NCBI RefSeq assembly: GCF_018977255.1
Contig: NW_024704743.1
Span: 46,874,001-46,938,000 of the forward strand
Origin: Callorhinchus milii
Taxonomy: Eukaryota
Direction: 5' to 3'
Length of the DNA: 64,000 nucleotides
A model generated the notes under the pieces. That model made no database searches, was not told the origin of the DNA, and saw only the letters and a program-made list of their open reading frames with translations. Shown here piece by piece: positions 49,234 through 63,177 of this stretch. Made by a program: the position numbers and the translations under genes. Position 1 is the stretch's first letter, and the number at the start of each line of letters is the position of its first letter.

Positions 49234-51350
49234 GTGGTGGAAGGCAGTGCCAGCTGTGGCGCGGATGTGGGGAAGAAAAGACAGCTCAGGTTTAAACACA
49301 ACACCGAGGTTCCTGACTGGCTTTGCGAGGTGGAGAATGCCGCCTTGGATACTGATGCTTTCAGCGCCATAGGTGCGGAGGCACTGACGTGAGCCAATCA
49401 GGAGTACCTCAGTTTTGCGCACATTGAGCTGAAGAAAGTTATCTCTCGTCCAGGAATCGATGTCGGACAGGCAGTCTGTCAGGACATCGGTGGTCGTGGA
49501 GTTGAGGGTAGAAGAGGAAAGGTAGAGTTGGGTGTCATCCGCATAAATGTGGAAGTTAACTCCATGTCTGCGGATGATGTCACCAACGGGGAGCATATAG
49601 AGGGTAAAGAGGAGGGGACCGAGGACAGAGTCCTGAGGGACACCGCACGCGAAAGTGCGGGGGCTGGAGGAAAAGCCGTTTCCAGTGAGTAGTCGTATTT
49701 TGGTAGTGGTAGTAGTATTAGTAGTAGTATTTTGATGAGTTGGTTGTCTAACATACATGCAAAATCCATCACCGTGCAGAAGAGACTTCAATCCAGTCTG
49801 AAAGTTCCATATATGTGGCAATTCTCATGATGAAGGTCATTTGGCTCCCTCCTGAGATTTCCATTTTGATGGTGGAAGTTTCATCTAACTCCCTCCAGAC
49901 TTGGAAATACAATACAATAAATCATAAGAAAGTTTTGGGTGAAGAAAGCTCTTTGACCCATTTGATCTGAAATGATTAAACATTGTCGCCCAGCATCGTG
50001 TTTGCTTGTTTGTTTAATAACTGAGTGGACAGTCTGCATCAAAACTTCTGCCTATTCTACTCCATGACCACTGGGCAATGGAAAAAAATCCTGAATTGTA
50101 TTATTACCTTCTTCACTATCCCTTAGCTCAACTCTTGATCAAGAGAAAAAATATTCCACTTGAAGATTCATAAATTATTCTGTTATTTGTGTCTGTGGTG
50201 CTAACATCTTTAATCCACTGCAAATTCACAAATGACGGCAGCATTTTTAGAAAGGGTGAAAATGTTGAAGTTAATCTTTCCTGATTTGATTTGAATTTAA
50301 TTTTAATTGTTGCCAAGTTGCGCACACATATTTATCTACGGTTTAAAGAACTTTTAAGATCCCCTGGCACTATTCGATCAAAGAAGGAAGTTTCTCTTGG
50401 TGTGCTAGCCAACATACCCCCAAATAAAATTGGACACACACTCCATGGCTGTTAGTGGGACATCGCTGTGCACAGGCTGCTCTATTTGTGTACAAAATAC
50501 ACACAATCACATAACTTTAATGCGAAACAATTTGAGACTTGTGATCAGGTGCTATATCAAACGCCAGGATTATTGATGTCTATTATTATTATTAATCCCA
50601 ATGCATAATGTAAATAAGATTGTAGCCAGTGCACCATCAAACAGGAAAGCTGCCAAACATTTACTATTGGAGTATGCACAAGTGACCAGGGTCTTTTCTA
50701 ACATACTGTTGCCTTCTTAACTACAATCTATCTGAGCAGGCCAATCAGTAAAAGGAAATTGCATCCCTTTTTCCTGCATCAAAAATTCCACAGTAAACAT
50801 CTTAATTGGCTCTCATTAACGGATGAGGTAAAGGCAAGAGTTAGTTTATTGTGTAAATTCCATTAATTTATTCTGTGTTAAGATCAACACTGATTAATAG
50901 CTGACAAGTGTTTGTAGAAGCCATTTTTAAGAAAATTTGCTTTGGGTCGAGATTACCTTAGCTGCTTTACAGTCAAAGTCAGCTTATCTCATCAAAACTG
51001 TTCATTGAAATTGTTGATATTGTTGACTTCCCGAACTACCTTAAACATCTTTCTCTTCGACCATACCTACTTTACTTTCATCGATTGGGTGATTACTATG
51101 CAAAAGTCTCTCCAAAACACTCCAAGGTACCATCTCACTTGAAGAGTATTATATAAATGCAAGTTGCGGTTGTAAATGGGTTTGAATATGCCAGGCTGTG
51201 ATTGGCTGCACCATTTCCCATTTGCTAGATGTTTTTTTCGGACGATGTGAATGCAACTGAACTGGCGGTAAAACAAAAACCAAATGACATTAATTATTTT
51301 AATACTTGTCCACCAGAAGTTCAACTAATAAACTGGAAACAAGTAAATGT
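49234..51350 (-). repeat. Block B inverted copy B2, including L2 truncated by the 12-mer tract
   Basis: ORF 49192..49821 parallels ORF 45530 up to TAFHH and then runs into the repeat. Confidence 0.93.
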
Positions 51351-52189
51351 GGGTGGTTTATTCCAAGATAGTTGAAAAAGGTACATCTGTCAACTATCGA
51401 CACATTGGTCTCATCTTGATGAATGGAAAATGCATTATAGCACACTGGACAATCATCTGTATGAAAATAGTCCCACAAATGATCGGAGGATAAACCATGT
51501 CACTGCCTTTTATAGTTATTGGTGATTAACCTATGTTAAATGGAGCTAACAAGGGCTGGACTCCAATCAGACTTGAGTAGAGTTTGTGATAATTGGGCAC
51601 CAGCTCTTATGGATAATTGAGTACCAGTATAAAGCTGCGGGCTTGAGCATGTGAGAGGAAAGTCTGGCGAAGGTGCAGAGTTCCCTTCTTAAAGTAAACC
51701 TTTTGTTTGAGGGTGTGACCCATGCCTTCTTACAGACAGCCATGAGTGCTTGGAGTCCAGATGATTGTATTACTTCAGATCTTTAGCAAACGTCTTGATA
51801 TTGGGTTTGGAATACAAAAGGATAGTTATGTTGGTAAGTAAACAAACATATTATTTCCTCCCATTCAAATAATAGTCCCTTCCTGGATTGTTTTTTGCCC
51901 ATGTGAAGTAGCTTACATTTTTCCATGTTGTCTAATGACATTCCTTGTACAACCATGCTCTAGGTCAAATTTAGTGGTCTTCTTTCCTGGGTCACTTTTG
52001 TTGCCTTACTTACAAATAGGAGTAACATCTGCTTTTCTCCAGTCCCCTGGTACGCTCTGGTAGTGCTGGTAGTGATATGAATAGTATTGCAAATTTCCTC
52101 TGTGGCATCCTTTGAGTTCTCTTTCCAGATCAGATGGGTTACCTGTCTGCTCCTCAGTAAAAACTGAAACTTGGAATCTATCTTTGAAC

Positions 52190-53640
52190 CTATTCATAGA
52201 TTCATAGAATGTTATGGCACAGAAGGAGGCCATTCGGCCCATCGAGTCTGTGCCGACTCTTTGATAGAGCAAGTACTTTCACTAACCCCAATCACCAGCT
52301 TTCTCCCCATAACCCTTCAAACCCGTCTTTACCAGATACCTATCCAGTTCCCTCTTAAAAGCTATTATTGAATCGGACATCACTACCCTTTCAGGCAAAT
52401 CGTTCCAAATTCGAACAACTCACTGAGTGAAAAAATTTATTCTAACTTCCCCTTTGCTTCTTTTGGTAGATATCTTAAGACTGTGACCACGGGTCACGGA
52501 CACACCTACCAGCGGAAACAGCTTTTCCTTATCTAGCCTGTCGAAACCTTTCATGATCTTGAAGACCTCTATCAGGTCCCCGCGTAACCTTCTCTGCTCT
52601 AATGGTAAAAGTCCTAACTTCTCCAGCCTGTCCTCATAGCTAAGGTTCACCATTCCTGGTATCATTCTCGTGAATCTCCTCTGCACCCTCTCCAGTGCCT
52701 TAATGTCCTTCCTGAAGTAAGGTGCCCAGAACTGGACGCAGTACTCCAGCTGAGGTCTAACCAGTGCTTTGTATACATTAACAATAACCTCCCGACTCTT
52801 ATACTCTATGCCCCTACGAATAAAGCTCAGTACACCAAATGCCTTTTTTACTGCCTTTTCTACCTCTCCCGCCACCTTTAATGATTCGCTTACTTGAACT
52901 CCCAGTTCTCTCTGTACGTTCACCTCCCCTTAAGATTGAGCTACCAAGTCTATATTGCCTCCTATTGTTCTTCCCAACTACGTGTATCACCTCACACTTA
53001 TCCACATTGAAATCCATCTGCCACATGTCAGCCCATTCTACCATGCTGTGTATGTCTGCTTGCAGTTGGTTAGAGTCCTCCTCATTATTTACTACCCTGC
53101 CTAACTTTGTATCATCTGCAAACTTGGAAATAGTGCTCTCTATACCCAAGTCCAGATCATTAATATATATTAGAAAGAGCAGTGGTCCCAATACCGATCC
53201 CTGGGGGACACCGCTGCATACCTCCTTCCATTTCGAGAAACACCCATTAACCACCACCCTCTGCTTTCTGTCACTCAGCCAGTTCTTAATCCAAGCTGCC
53301 ATTGTTCCCTTAATACCATGGGCCTCTAATTTTTTTTATTAATCTCTTATGTGGTGCTGTGTCAAAAGCCTTTTTGAAATCCATGTAAATAACATCCACC
53401 GCATTTCCCTCATCAACCCTCGCAGTCACCTCTTCAAAAAATTCTAATTGATTTGTTAGGCAAGATTTGCCTTTAACAAATCCATGTTGGCTGTCTCTAA
53501 TTACCTCATGTTCCTCTTAATAGAGATTTATTGTGTCCCGGATTATGGTCTCCAGTAGTTTTCCTATTACCGAAGTTAGACTGGCTGTAATTTCCGGGTT
53601 TGTCTTTCTGCCCCTTTTTGTAGAGGGGGGTAACTTTATC
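52190..53640 (-). mobile_element. CR1 LINE, 5'-truncated, RT and C-terminus with (TCTATGAA)n tail
   Basis: [31 protein letters not shown] and LERVQRRFTRMI motifs; ATTCATAG repeats at about 52190-52210. Confidence 0.95.
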
Positions 53641-53642
53641 TG

Positions 53643-56600
53643 TGTAAATCAGATAGATTTCCTCAGACTCTCTCTCACTTTCTCTCAGATTAGTATATGA
53701 TTCCCCGCCCACTCTACCCATATGTCAATGATCAGTCCTGATAATATGACGAAATATAATTTTAAAAAGAATTCTTGTGCTCATTGAAATGATGGAGTGC
53801 GGAGACGTCTCAGTTTTGATAAGCGTTTGGCAAGGTATTATGGTTCCTTATCATGTCAGAACCGATCTAATATAAACTTTAAAAATGTTATTGGTCTTCA
53901 GTGAAACTCCTTTTCATCTCTCTTTCATGAAGAAATGTTTACAATAACTATTAAAGGGCTGTGGTAGGAAGGCATATAATTTAAGTCAATCAAAAGGTTG
54001 AGAGATTATTTTTTGTACAAACTGTATTTAGACAGTTCTATCACCCTTATATATACACCCACGATATGGCTCGCTCTTCCTCGCAGTGTACTGGGTAGTC
54101 TCTGTGTTCAATCCTCACTAATGAATGCAAGTCCCTATAACTAGGTGTAACTTGACTAATGAGTTCTTCCACAATGACAGGTACTACTAATTGCCATTTA
54201 AATTAAAGCAAATAGAGAAGCTTCAGTACGCAACGTAGGAGTGAGGTTCCACCCCCAATTATCCTTCCTCCCCCACATCCGGTCCCTCACCAGCACCGCT
54301 TTCTTCCACTTCCGATGCATCGCCCGTCTCGGCCAATACCTCACTCCAAAAGCCGCTGAAACCCTGGTCCATGCCTTTGTCAACTCTCGGCTGCACTATT
54401 CAAATGCTCTCTTTGTGTGTCTCCCCTCCACTAGCATTCACAAAATCCATGTCATCCAAAACTCTGCCGCCCTCATTCTTACCCGCACCAAACTCTGCTC
54501 CCTGATTACCCCAGTCCTTGCCAGACTGCACTGGCTGCCTGTCCCAGAGAAGATCGACTTCAAGATCCTCACCCTTGTCTTCAAATCCCTCCACTCCTCT
54601 CACCCCCTACCTCTCTGACCGGGAATGGCCTCCTCCTCGTCCTCCGCTCCACCCTCGGCGGCCATGCCTTCAGCCACTATGCCCCGAGGCTCTGGAACTT
54701 CCTTCCTCACTCCCTTCACCTCACCTCACCTAGATCATTGATGTAGATGGTAAATAGCTGAGGCCCAAGAACTGATCCTTGTGGCACTCCAATAGTCACA
54801 TCCCGCCAATCTGAAAAGGACCCGTTTATCCCTACTCTTTGTTTCCTACCCATTAACCATTCTCCAATCCACTTTAATATGCACCTCCCAATTCCATGGG
54901 CCCTTATCTTTTGGACTAACCTTTTATGCGGCACCTTAACGAATGCCTTCTGGAAGTCCAATAGACCACATCTACTGATTCACCCCTATCTAGTTTACTC
55001 GAAATATCCTCAGAAAACTCTATGAGATTTGTCAAACATGACTTCCCTTTTGTAAAGCCATGTTGACTTGGCCTAATTATATTGTGCTTCCCTAAATACC
55101 GCACTACCACATCCTTAATCAATGATTCTAAAATTTTTCCTATCACTGATGTGAGACTTACTGGCCTATGGTTACCCATCTTTTCCTTTCCACCATTTTT
55201 TAAATAGTGGTGTGACATTTGCGATCTTCCAATCCATGGGGACTGTTCCAAAATCCAAGGAATTTTGGAAGATCAGACATAAGGCCTCCACTATCTCATA
55301 AACTACCTCTTTTTTAAACCCTGGATGCAAGCCATCAGGACCAGGGAATTTGTTACTTTTTAGTGCTAACAATTTCTCAAGCACCAATTCTCTACTAATG
55401 AAAATTTCCCTAAGTTGCTCCCTGTCCTTATCCCTTTGGTGCATCTCTATTCTTGGCAGCCCTGTTGTGTCTTCTAGGGTGAAGACAGATGCAAAGTACC
55501 CATTCAGGGATTCTGCTATGTCCTCGTCTGTCCCCCATTATACCTTCTCCCATCTCTGACTGAAGTGGACCTACATTTACCCTCACTAGCCTATTCCTCT
55601 TAATATATTTGTACAGTCAGACTGAATGTTCCTAGCTAGCTTACCCTCATCCTCCTTTTTCTCGCTCTTAATGAGTTTTTTGGTTTTATTTTGCTGGTTT
55701 CTAAAACTCTCCCAATCTTCAGATTTGCCTTTTTTCTTGGCAGTTTTATAAGCCTTTTCTTTTAATTTGATGCATTCCCTAACTGCTCTAGTTAGCCACG
55801 GATGAATTGCTTTCCCTGTGGTACTCTTATTCCGCAAGGGAATATGCGACCGCTGAGAATTTTGCACTACATCCTTAAATATTTGCCACTGTTGTTGTAC
55901 ATTTTTACCTCTTAATCTTATTCTCCAGTCTATTTTACCTAAATCTTTCCTCATACCTACAAAATTAGTCCTATTTATATTCAGAATAATTGGCTCAGAT
56001 TTATTCTGGTTGATTTATATTACAAGGTGAAGACACTAGTAAACCACTTTTAATTTCCATTAATCATCTGAAGTAGAAATTTATGTGCTCTTGAAAACCA
56101 CTGTCTACACGTTATCATCTGAGATAGTCTCAATAATAACATCAAAGAGCCCACTGTACTGTTTTCACTTTAATGCATTCATACTGTCACTTGGCTTAAG
56201 ATAAAGCTTATTTTCTCTTTAAGCAAAACTTCTTATATAAAAGTGTGTTTCTCTTCACTACATCCGAAAGTTCTCTTGACCTATAAAAGGTCATTTTCAG
56301 CAATTCTATATAAAATGCTTATTTTAACTGCTATACAACAGCTTTTGGCACTATTTTGTAAACATGTGTTTAGGGCTCTCTCTACTGGACATATCACAGT
56401 AGTGCCTTACCTGAGTTATTACTTGATCTGAATAAACAATAAGCAAAGGAAGATTCAAGCCCTCGTTCCTCTATTTGAGTAAAGAAAAACTGTCTTTTGA
56501 ACATTTGGCAACCCTTGCATTAATGATCTTTTCACACTTCATTTCAAGCCATTCAAACTCGATCAATATTGAACATGATGATTGCTGAACAAGAGTTTTG

Positions 56601-56920
56601 CAAAGCAAGTTTCAGGGAGGAGGCTCTCTGCAAGTTATGTGGGAAGAAATTGCACCCAAGTCTATTTACTCTATTTCCCTAACATTTCATAATTTGGCAG
56701 GTTGTTTAATTCAGTTTTAAATTTGAAACGAATTTTCTATAGATCTTAAGAGAAGATTGTGAGTTCAAGCTCCATGTTAGGACAACAATTGCATATATAT
56801 GGACCGTGGTACAGATATGACTCGTATACAGCATTTGTGCAGCACCATATGGAAAAAGAAGTAAGAAGGATTTGAATGGCCATATTTCATTGATTGTTTT
56901 CTTTATCTCTTAATGTAACT
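53643..56920 (+). repeat. Duplicated block A, copy A2 (contains L2 at about 54225-54726 and CR1 at about 54727-56000)
   Basis: Same ORFs as A1; for example the 62-aa ORFs at 43283 and 56243 have identical translations. Confidence 0.95.
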
Positions 56921-56922
56921 GT

Positions 56923-59900
56923 GAACCAATCTTGGAACCAATCTTGGAACCAATCTTGGAACCAATCTTGGAACCAATCTTGGAACCAATCTTGGAACCA
57001 ATCTTGGAACCAATCTTGGAACCAATCTTGGAACCAATCTTGGAACCAATCTTGGAACCAATCTTGGAACCAATCTTGGAACCAATCTTGGAACCAATCT
57101 TGGAACCAATCTTGGAACCAATCTTGGAACCAATCTTGGAACCAATCTTGGAACCAATCTTGGAACCAATCTTGGAACCAATCTTGGAACCAATCTTGGA
57201 ACCAATCTTGGAACCAATCTTGGAACCAATCTTGGAACCAATCTTGGAACCAATCTTGGAACCAATCTTGGAACAATCTTGCCAATCTTGGAACCAATCT
57301 TGGAACCAATCTTGGAACCAATCTTGGAACCAATCTTGGAACCAATCTTGGAACCAATCTTGGAACCAATCTTGGAACCAATCTTGGAACCAATCTTGGA
57401 ACCAATCTTGGAACCAATCTTGGAACCAATCTTGGAACCAATCTTGGAACCAATCTTGGAACCAATCTTGGAACCAATCTTGGAACCAATCTTGGAACCA
57501 ATCTTGGAACCAATCTTGGAACCAATCTTGGAACCAATCTTGGAACCAATCTTGGGCCCAATCTTGGGCCCAATCTTGGGCCCAATCTTGGGCCCAATCT
57601 TGGGCCCAATCTTGGGCCCAATCTTGGCCCAATCTTGGCCCAATCTTGGCCCAATCTTGGGCCCAATCTTGGGCCCAATCTTGGGCCCAATCTTGGGCCC
57701 AATCTTGGGCCCAATCTTGGCCCAATCTTGGGCCCAATCTTGGGCCCAATCTGCCCAATCTTGGGCCCAATCTTGGGCCCAATCTTGGGCCCAATCTTGG
57801 GCCCAATCTTGGGCCCAATCTTGGGCCCAATCTTGGGCCCAATCTTGGGCCCAATCTTGGGCCCAATCTTGGGCCCAATCTTGGGCCCAATCTTGGGCCC
57901 AATCTTGGGCCCAATCTTGGGCCCAATCTTGGGCCCAATCTTGGCCCAATCTTGGGCCCAATCTTGGGCCCAATCTTGGGCCCAATCTTGGGCCCAATCT
58001 TGGGCCCAATCTTGGGCCCAATCTTGGGCCCAATCTTGGGCCCAATCTTGGGCCCAATCTTGGGCCCAATCTTGGGCCCAATCTTGGGCCCAATCTTGGG
58101 CCCAATCTTGGGCCCAATCTTGGGCCCAATCTTGGGCCCAATCTTGGGCCCAATCTTGGGCCCAATCTTGGGCCCAATCTTGGGCCCAATCTTGGGCCCA
58201 ATCTTGGGCCCAATCTTGGGCCCAATCTTGGGCCCAATCTTGGGCCCAATCTTGGGCCCAATCTTGGGCCCAATCTTGGGCCCAATCTTGGGCCCAATCT
58301 TGGGCCCAATCTTGGGCCCAATCTTGGGCCCAATCTTGGGCCCAATCTTGGGCCCAATCTTGGGCCCAATCTTGGGCCCAATCTTGGGCCCAATCTTGGG
58401 CCCAATCTTGGGCCCAATCTTGGGCCCAATCTTGGGCCCAATCTTGGGCCCAATCTTGGGCCCAATCTTGGGCCCAATCTTGGGCCCAATCTTGGGCCCA
58501 ATCTTGGGCCCAATCTTGGGCCCAATCTTGGGCCCAATCTTGGGCCCAATCTTGGGCCCAATCTTGGGCCCAATCTTGGGCCCAATCTTGGGCCCAATCT
58601 TGGGCCCAATCTTGGGCCCAATCTTGGGCCCAATCTTGGGCCCAATCTTGGGCCCAATCTTGGGCCCAATCTTGGGCCCAATCTTGGGCCCAATCTTGGG
58701 CCCAATCTTGGGCCCAATCTTGGGCCCAATCTTGGGCCCAATCTTGGGCCCAATCTTGGGCCCAATCTTGGGCCCAATCTTGGGCCCAATCTTGGGCCCA
58801 ATCTTGGGCCCAATCTTGGGCCCAATCTTGGGCCCAATCTTGGGCCCAATCTTGGGCCCAATCTTGGGCCCAATCTTGGGCCCAATCTTGGGCCCAATCT
58901 TGGGCCCAATCTTGGGCCCAATCTTGGGCCCAATCTTGGGCCCAATCTTGGGCCCAATCTTGGGCCCAATCTTGGGCCCAATCTTGGGCCCAATCTTGGG
59001 CCCAATCTTGGGCCCAATCTTGGGCCCAATCTTGGGCCCAATCTTGGGCCCAATCTTGGGCCCAATCTTGGGCCCAATCTTGGGCCCAATCTTGGGCCCA
59101 ATCTTGGGCCCAATCTTGGGCCCAATCTTGGGCCCAATCTTGGGCCCAATCTTGGGCCCAATCTTGGGCCCAATCTTGGGCCCAATCTTGGGCCCAATCT
59201 TGGGCCCAATCTTGGGCCCAATCTTGGGCCCAATCTTGGGCCCAATCTTGGGCCCAATCTTGGGCCCAATCTTGGGCCCAATCTTGGGCCCAATCTTGGG
59301 CCCAATCTTGGGCCCAATCTTGGGCCCAATCTTGGGCCCAATCTTGGGCCCAATCTTGGGCCCAATCTTGGGCCCAATCTTGGGCCCAATCTTGGGCCCA
59401 ATCTTGGGCCCAATCTTGGGCCCAATCTTGGGCCCAATCTTGGGCCCAATCTTGGGCCCAATCTTGGGCCCAATCTTGGGCCCAATCTTGGGCCCAATCT
59501 TGGGCCCAATCTTGGGCCCAATCTTGGGCCCAATCTTGGGCCCAATCTTGGGCCCAATCTTGGGCCCAATCTTGGGCCCAATCTTGGGCCCAATCTTGGG
59601 CCCAATCTTGGGCCCAATCTTGGGCCCAATCTTGGGCCCAATCTTGGGCCCAATCTTGGGCCCAATCTTGGGCCCAATCTTGGGCCCAATCTTGGGCCCA
59701 ATCTTGGGCCCAATCTTGGGCCCAATCTTGGGCCCAATCTTGGGCCCAATCTTGGGCCCAATCTTGGGCCCAATCTTGGGCCCAATCTTGGGCCCAATCT
59801 TGGGCCCAATCTTGGGCCCAATCTTGGGCCCAATCTTGGGCCCAATCTTGGGCCCAATCTTGGGCCCAATCTTGGGCCCAATCTTGGGCCCAATCTTGGG

Positions 59901-62900
59901 CCCAATCTTGGGCCCAATCTTGGGCCCAATCTTGGGCCCAATCTTGGGCCCAATCTTGGGCCCAATCTTGGGCCCAATCTTGGGCCCAATCTTGGGCCCA
60001 ATCTTGGGCCCAATCTTGGGCCCAATCTTGGGCCCAATCTTGGGCCCAATCTTGGGCCCAATCTTGGGCCCAATCTTGGGCCCAATCTTGGGCCCAATCT
60101 TGGGCCCAATCTTGGGCCCAATCTTGGGCCCAATCTTGGGCCCAATCTTGGGCCCAATCTTGGGCCCAATCTTGGGCCCAATCTTGGGCCCAATCTTGGG
60201 CCCAATCTTGGGCCCAATCTTGGGCCCAATCTTGGGCCCAATCTTGGGCCCAATCTTGGGCCCAATCTTGGGCCCAATCTTGGGCCCAATCTTGGGCCCA
60301 ATCTTGGGCCCAATCTTGGGCCCAATCTTGGGCCCAATCTTGGGCCCAATCTTGGGCCCAATCTTGGGCCCAATCTTGGGCCCAATCTTGGGCCCAATCT
60401 TGGGCCCAATCTTGGGCCCAATCTTGGGCCCAATCTTGGGCCCAATCTTGGGCCCAATCTTGGGCCCAATCTTGGGCCCAATCTTGGGCCCAATCTTGGG
60501 CCCAATCTTGGGCCCAATCTTGGGCCCAATCTTGGGCCCAATCTTGGGCCCAATCTTGGGCCCAATCTTGGGCCCAATCTTGGGCCCAATCTTGGGCCCA
60601 ATCTTGGGCCCAATCTTGGGCCCAATCTTGGGCCCAATCTTGGGCCCAATCTTGGGCCCAATCTTGGGCCCAATCTTGGGCCCAATCTTGGGCCCAATCT
60701 TGGGCCCAATCTTGGGCCCAATCTTGGGCCCAATCTTGGGCCCAATCTTGGGCCCAATCTTGGGCCCAATCTTGGGCCCAATCTTGGGCCCAATCTTGGG
60801 CCCAATCTTGGGCCCAATCTTGGGCCCAATCTTGGGCCCAATCTTGGGCCCAATCTTGGGCCCAATCTTGGGCCCAATCTTGGGCCCAATCTTGGGCCCA
60901 ATCTTGGGCCCAATCTTGGGCCCAATCTTGGGCCCAATCTTGGGCCCAATCTTGGGCCCAATCTTGGGCCCAATCTTGGGCCCAATCTTGGGCCCAATCT
61001 TGGGCCCAATCTTGGGCCCAATCTTGGGCCCAATCTTGGGCCCAATCTTGGGCCCAATCTTGGGCCCAATCTTGGGCCCAATCTTGGGCCCAATCTTGGG
61101 CCCAATCTTGGGCCCAATCTTGGGCCCAATCTTGGGCCCAATCTTGGGCCCAATCTTGGGCCCAATCTTGGGCCCAATCTTGGGCCCAATCTTGGGCCCA
61201 ATCTTGGGCCCAATCTTGGGCCCAATCTTGGGCCCAATCTTGGGCCCAATCTTGGGCCCAATCTTGGGCCCAATCTTGGGCCCAATCTTGGGCCCAATCT
61301 TGGGCCCAATCTTGGGCCCAATCTTGGGCCCAATCTTGGGCCCAATCTTGGGCCCAATCTTGGGCCCAATCTTGGGCCCAATCTTGGGCCCAATCTTGGG
61401 CCCAATCTTGGGCCCAATCTTGGGCCCAATCTTGGGCCCAATCTTGGGCCCAATCTTGGGCCCAATCTTGGGCCCAATCTTGGGCCCAATCTTGGGCCCA
61501 ATCTTGGGCCCAATCTTGGGCCCAATCTTGGGCCCAATCTTGGGCCCAATCTTGGGCCCAATCTTGGGCCCAATCTTGGGCCCAATCTTGGGCCCAATCT
61601 TGGGCCCAATCTTGGGCCCAATCTTGGGCCCAATCTTGGGCCCAATCTTGGGCCCAATCTTGGGCCCAATCTTGGGCCCAATCTTGGGCCCAATCTTGGG
61701 CCCAATCTTGGGCCCAATCTTGGGCCCAATCTTGGGCCCAATCTTGGGCCCAATCTTGGGCCCAATCTTGGGCCCAATCTTGGGCCCAATCTTGGGCCCA
61801 ATCTTGGGCCCAATCTTGGGCCCAATCTTGGGCCCAATCTTGGGCCCAATCTTGGGCCCAATCTTGGGCCCAATCTTGGGCCCAATCTTGGGCCCAATCT
61901 TGGGCCCAATCTTGGGCCCAATCTTGGGCCCAATCTTGGGCCCAATCTTGGGCCCAATCTTGGGCCCAATCTTGGGCCCAATCTTGGGCCCAATCTTGGG
62001 CCCAATCTTGGGCCCAATCTTGGGCCCAATCTTGGGCCCAATCTTGGGCCCAATCTTGGGCCCAATCTTGGGCCCAATCTTGGGCCCAATCTTGGGCCCA
62101 ATCTTGGGCCCAATCTTGGGCCCAATCTTGGGCCCAATCTTGGGCCCAATCTTGGGCCCAATCTTGGGCCCAATCTTGGGCCCAATCTTGGGCCCAATCT
62201 TGGGCCCAATCTTGGGCCCAATCTTGGGCCCAATCTTGGGCCCAATCTTGGGCCCAATCTTGGGCCCAATCTTGGGCCCAATCTTGGGCCCAATCTTGGG
62301 CCCAATCTTGGGCCCAATCTTGGGCCCAATCTTGGGCCCAATCTTGGGCCCAATCTTGGGCCCAATCTTGGGCCCAATCTTGGGCCCAATCTTGGGCCCA
62401 ATCTTGGGCCCAATCTTGGGCCCAATCTTGGGCCCAATCTTGGGCCCAATCTTGGCCCAATCTTGGGCCCAATCTTGGGCCCAATCTTGGGCCCAATCTT
62501 GGGCCCAATCTTGGGCCCAATCTTGGGCCCAATCTTGGGCCCAATCTTGGGCCCAATCTTGGCCCAATCTTGGGCCCAATCTTGGGCCCAATCTTGGGCC
62601 CAATCTTGGGCCCAATCTTGGGCCCAATCTTGGGCCCAATCTTGGGCCAATCTTGGGCCCAATCTTGGGCCCAATCTTGGGCCCAATCTTGGGCCCAATC
62701 TTGGGCCCAATCTTGGGCCCAATCTTGGGCCCAATCTTGGGCCCAATCTTGGGCCCAATCTTGGGCCCAATCTTGGGCCCAATCTTGGGCCCAATCTTGG
62801 GCCCAATCTTGGGCCCAATCTTGGGCCCAATCTTGGGCCCAATCTTGGGCCCAATCTTGGGCCCAATCTTGGGCCCAATCTTGGGCCCAATCTTGGGCCC

Positions 62901-63177
62901 AATCTTGGGCCCAATCTTGGGCCCAATCTTGGGCCCAATCTTGGGCCCAATCTTGGGCCCAATCTTGGGCCCAATCTTGGGCCCAATCTTGGGCCCAATC
63001 TTGGGCCCAATCTTGGGCCCAATCTTGGGCCCAATCTTGGGCCCAATCTTGGGCCCAATCTTGGGCCCAATCTTGGGCCCAATCTTGGGCCCAATCTTGG
63101 GCCCAATCTTGGGCCCAATCTTGGGCCCAATCTTGGGCCCAATCTTGGGCCCAATGCTCTGGCCAATCTTGGGCCAA
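56923..63177 (+). repeat. 6.25-kb tandem array of a 12-bp unit: about 52 x CCAATCTTGGAA then about 468 x CCAATCTTGGGC
   Basis: Direct reading. Variant switch at about 57550; counts estimated as length/12. Confidence 0.99.

Noticed and set aside
56923..63177. CRISPR array or canonical telomere
   Set aside because: No spacers or cas genes and the context is eukaryotic. The unit is not TTAGGG and is flanked by genomic sequence on both sides.
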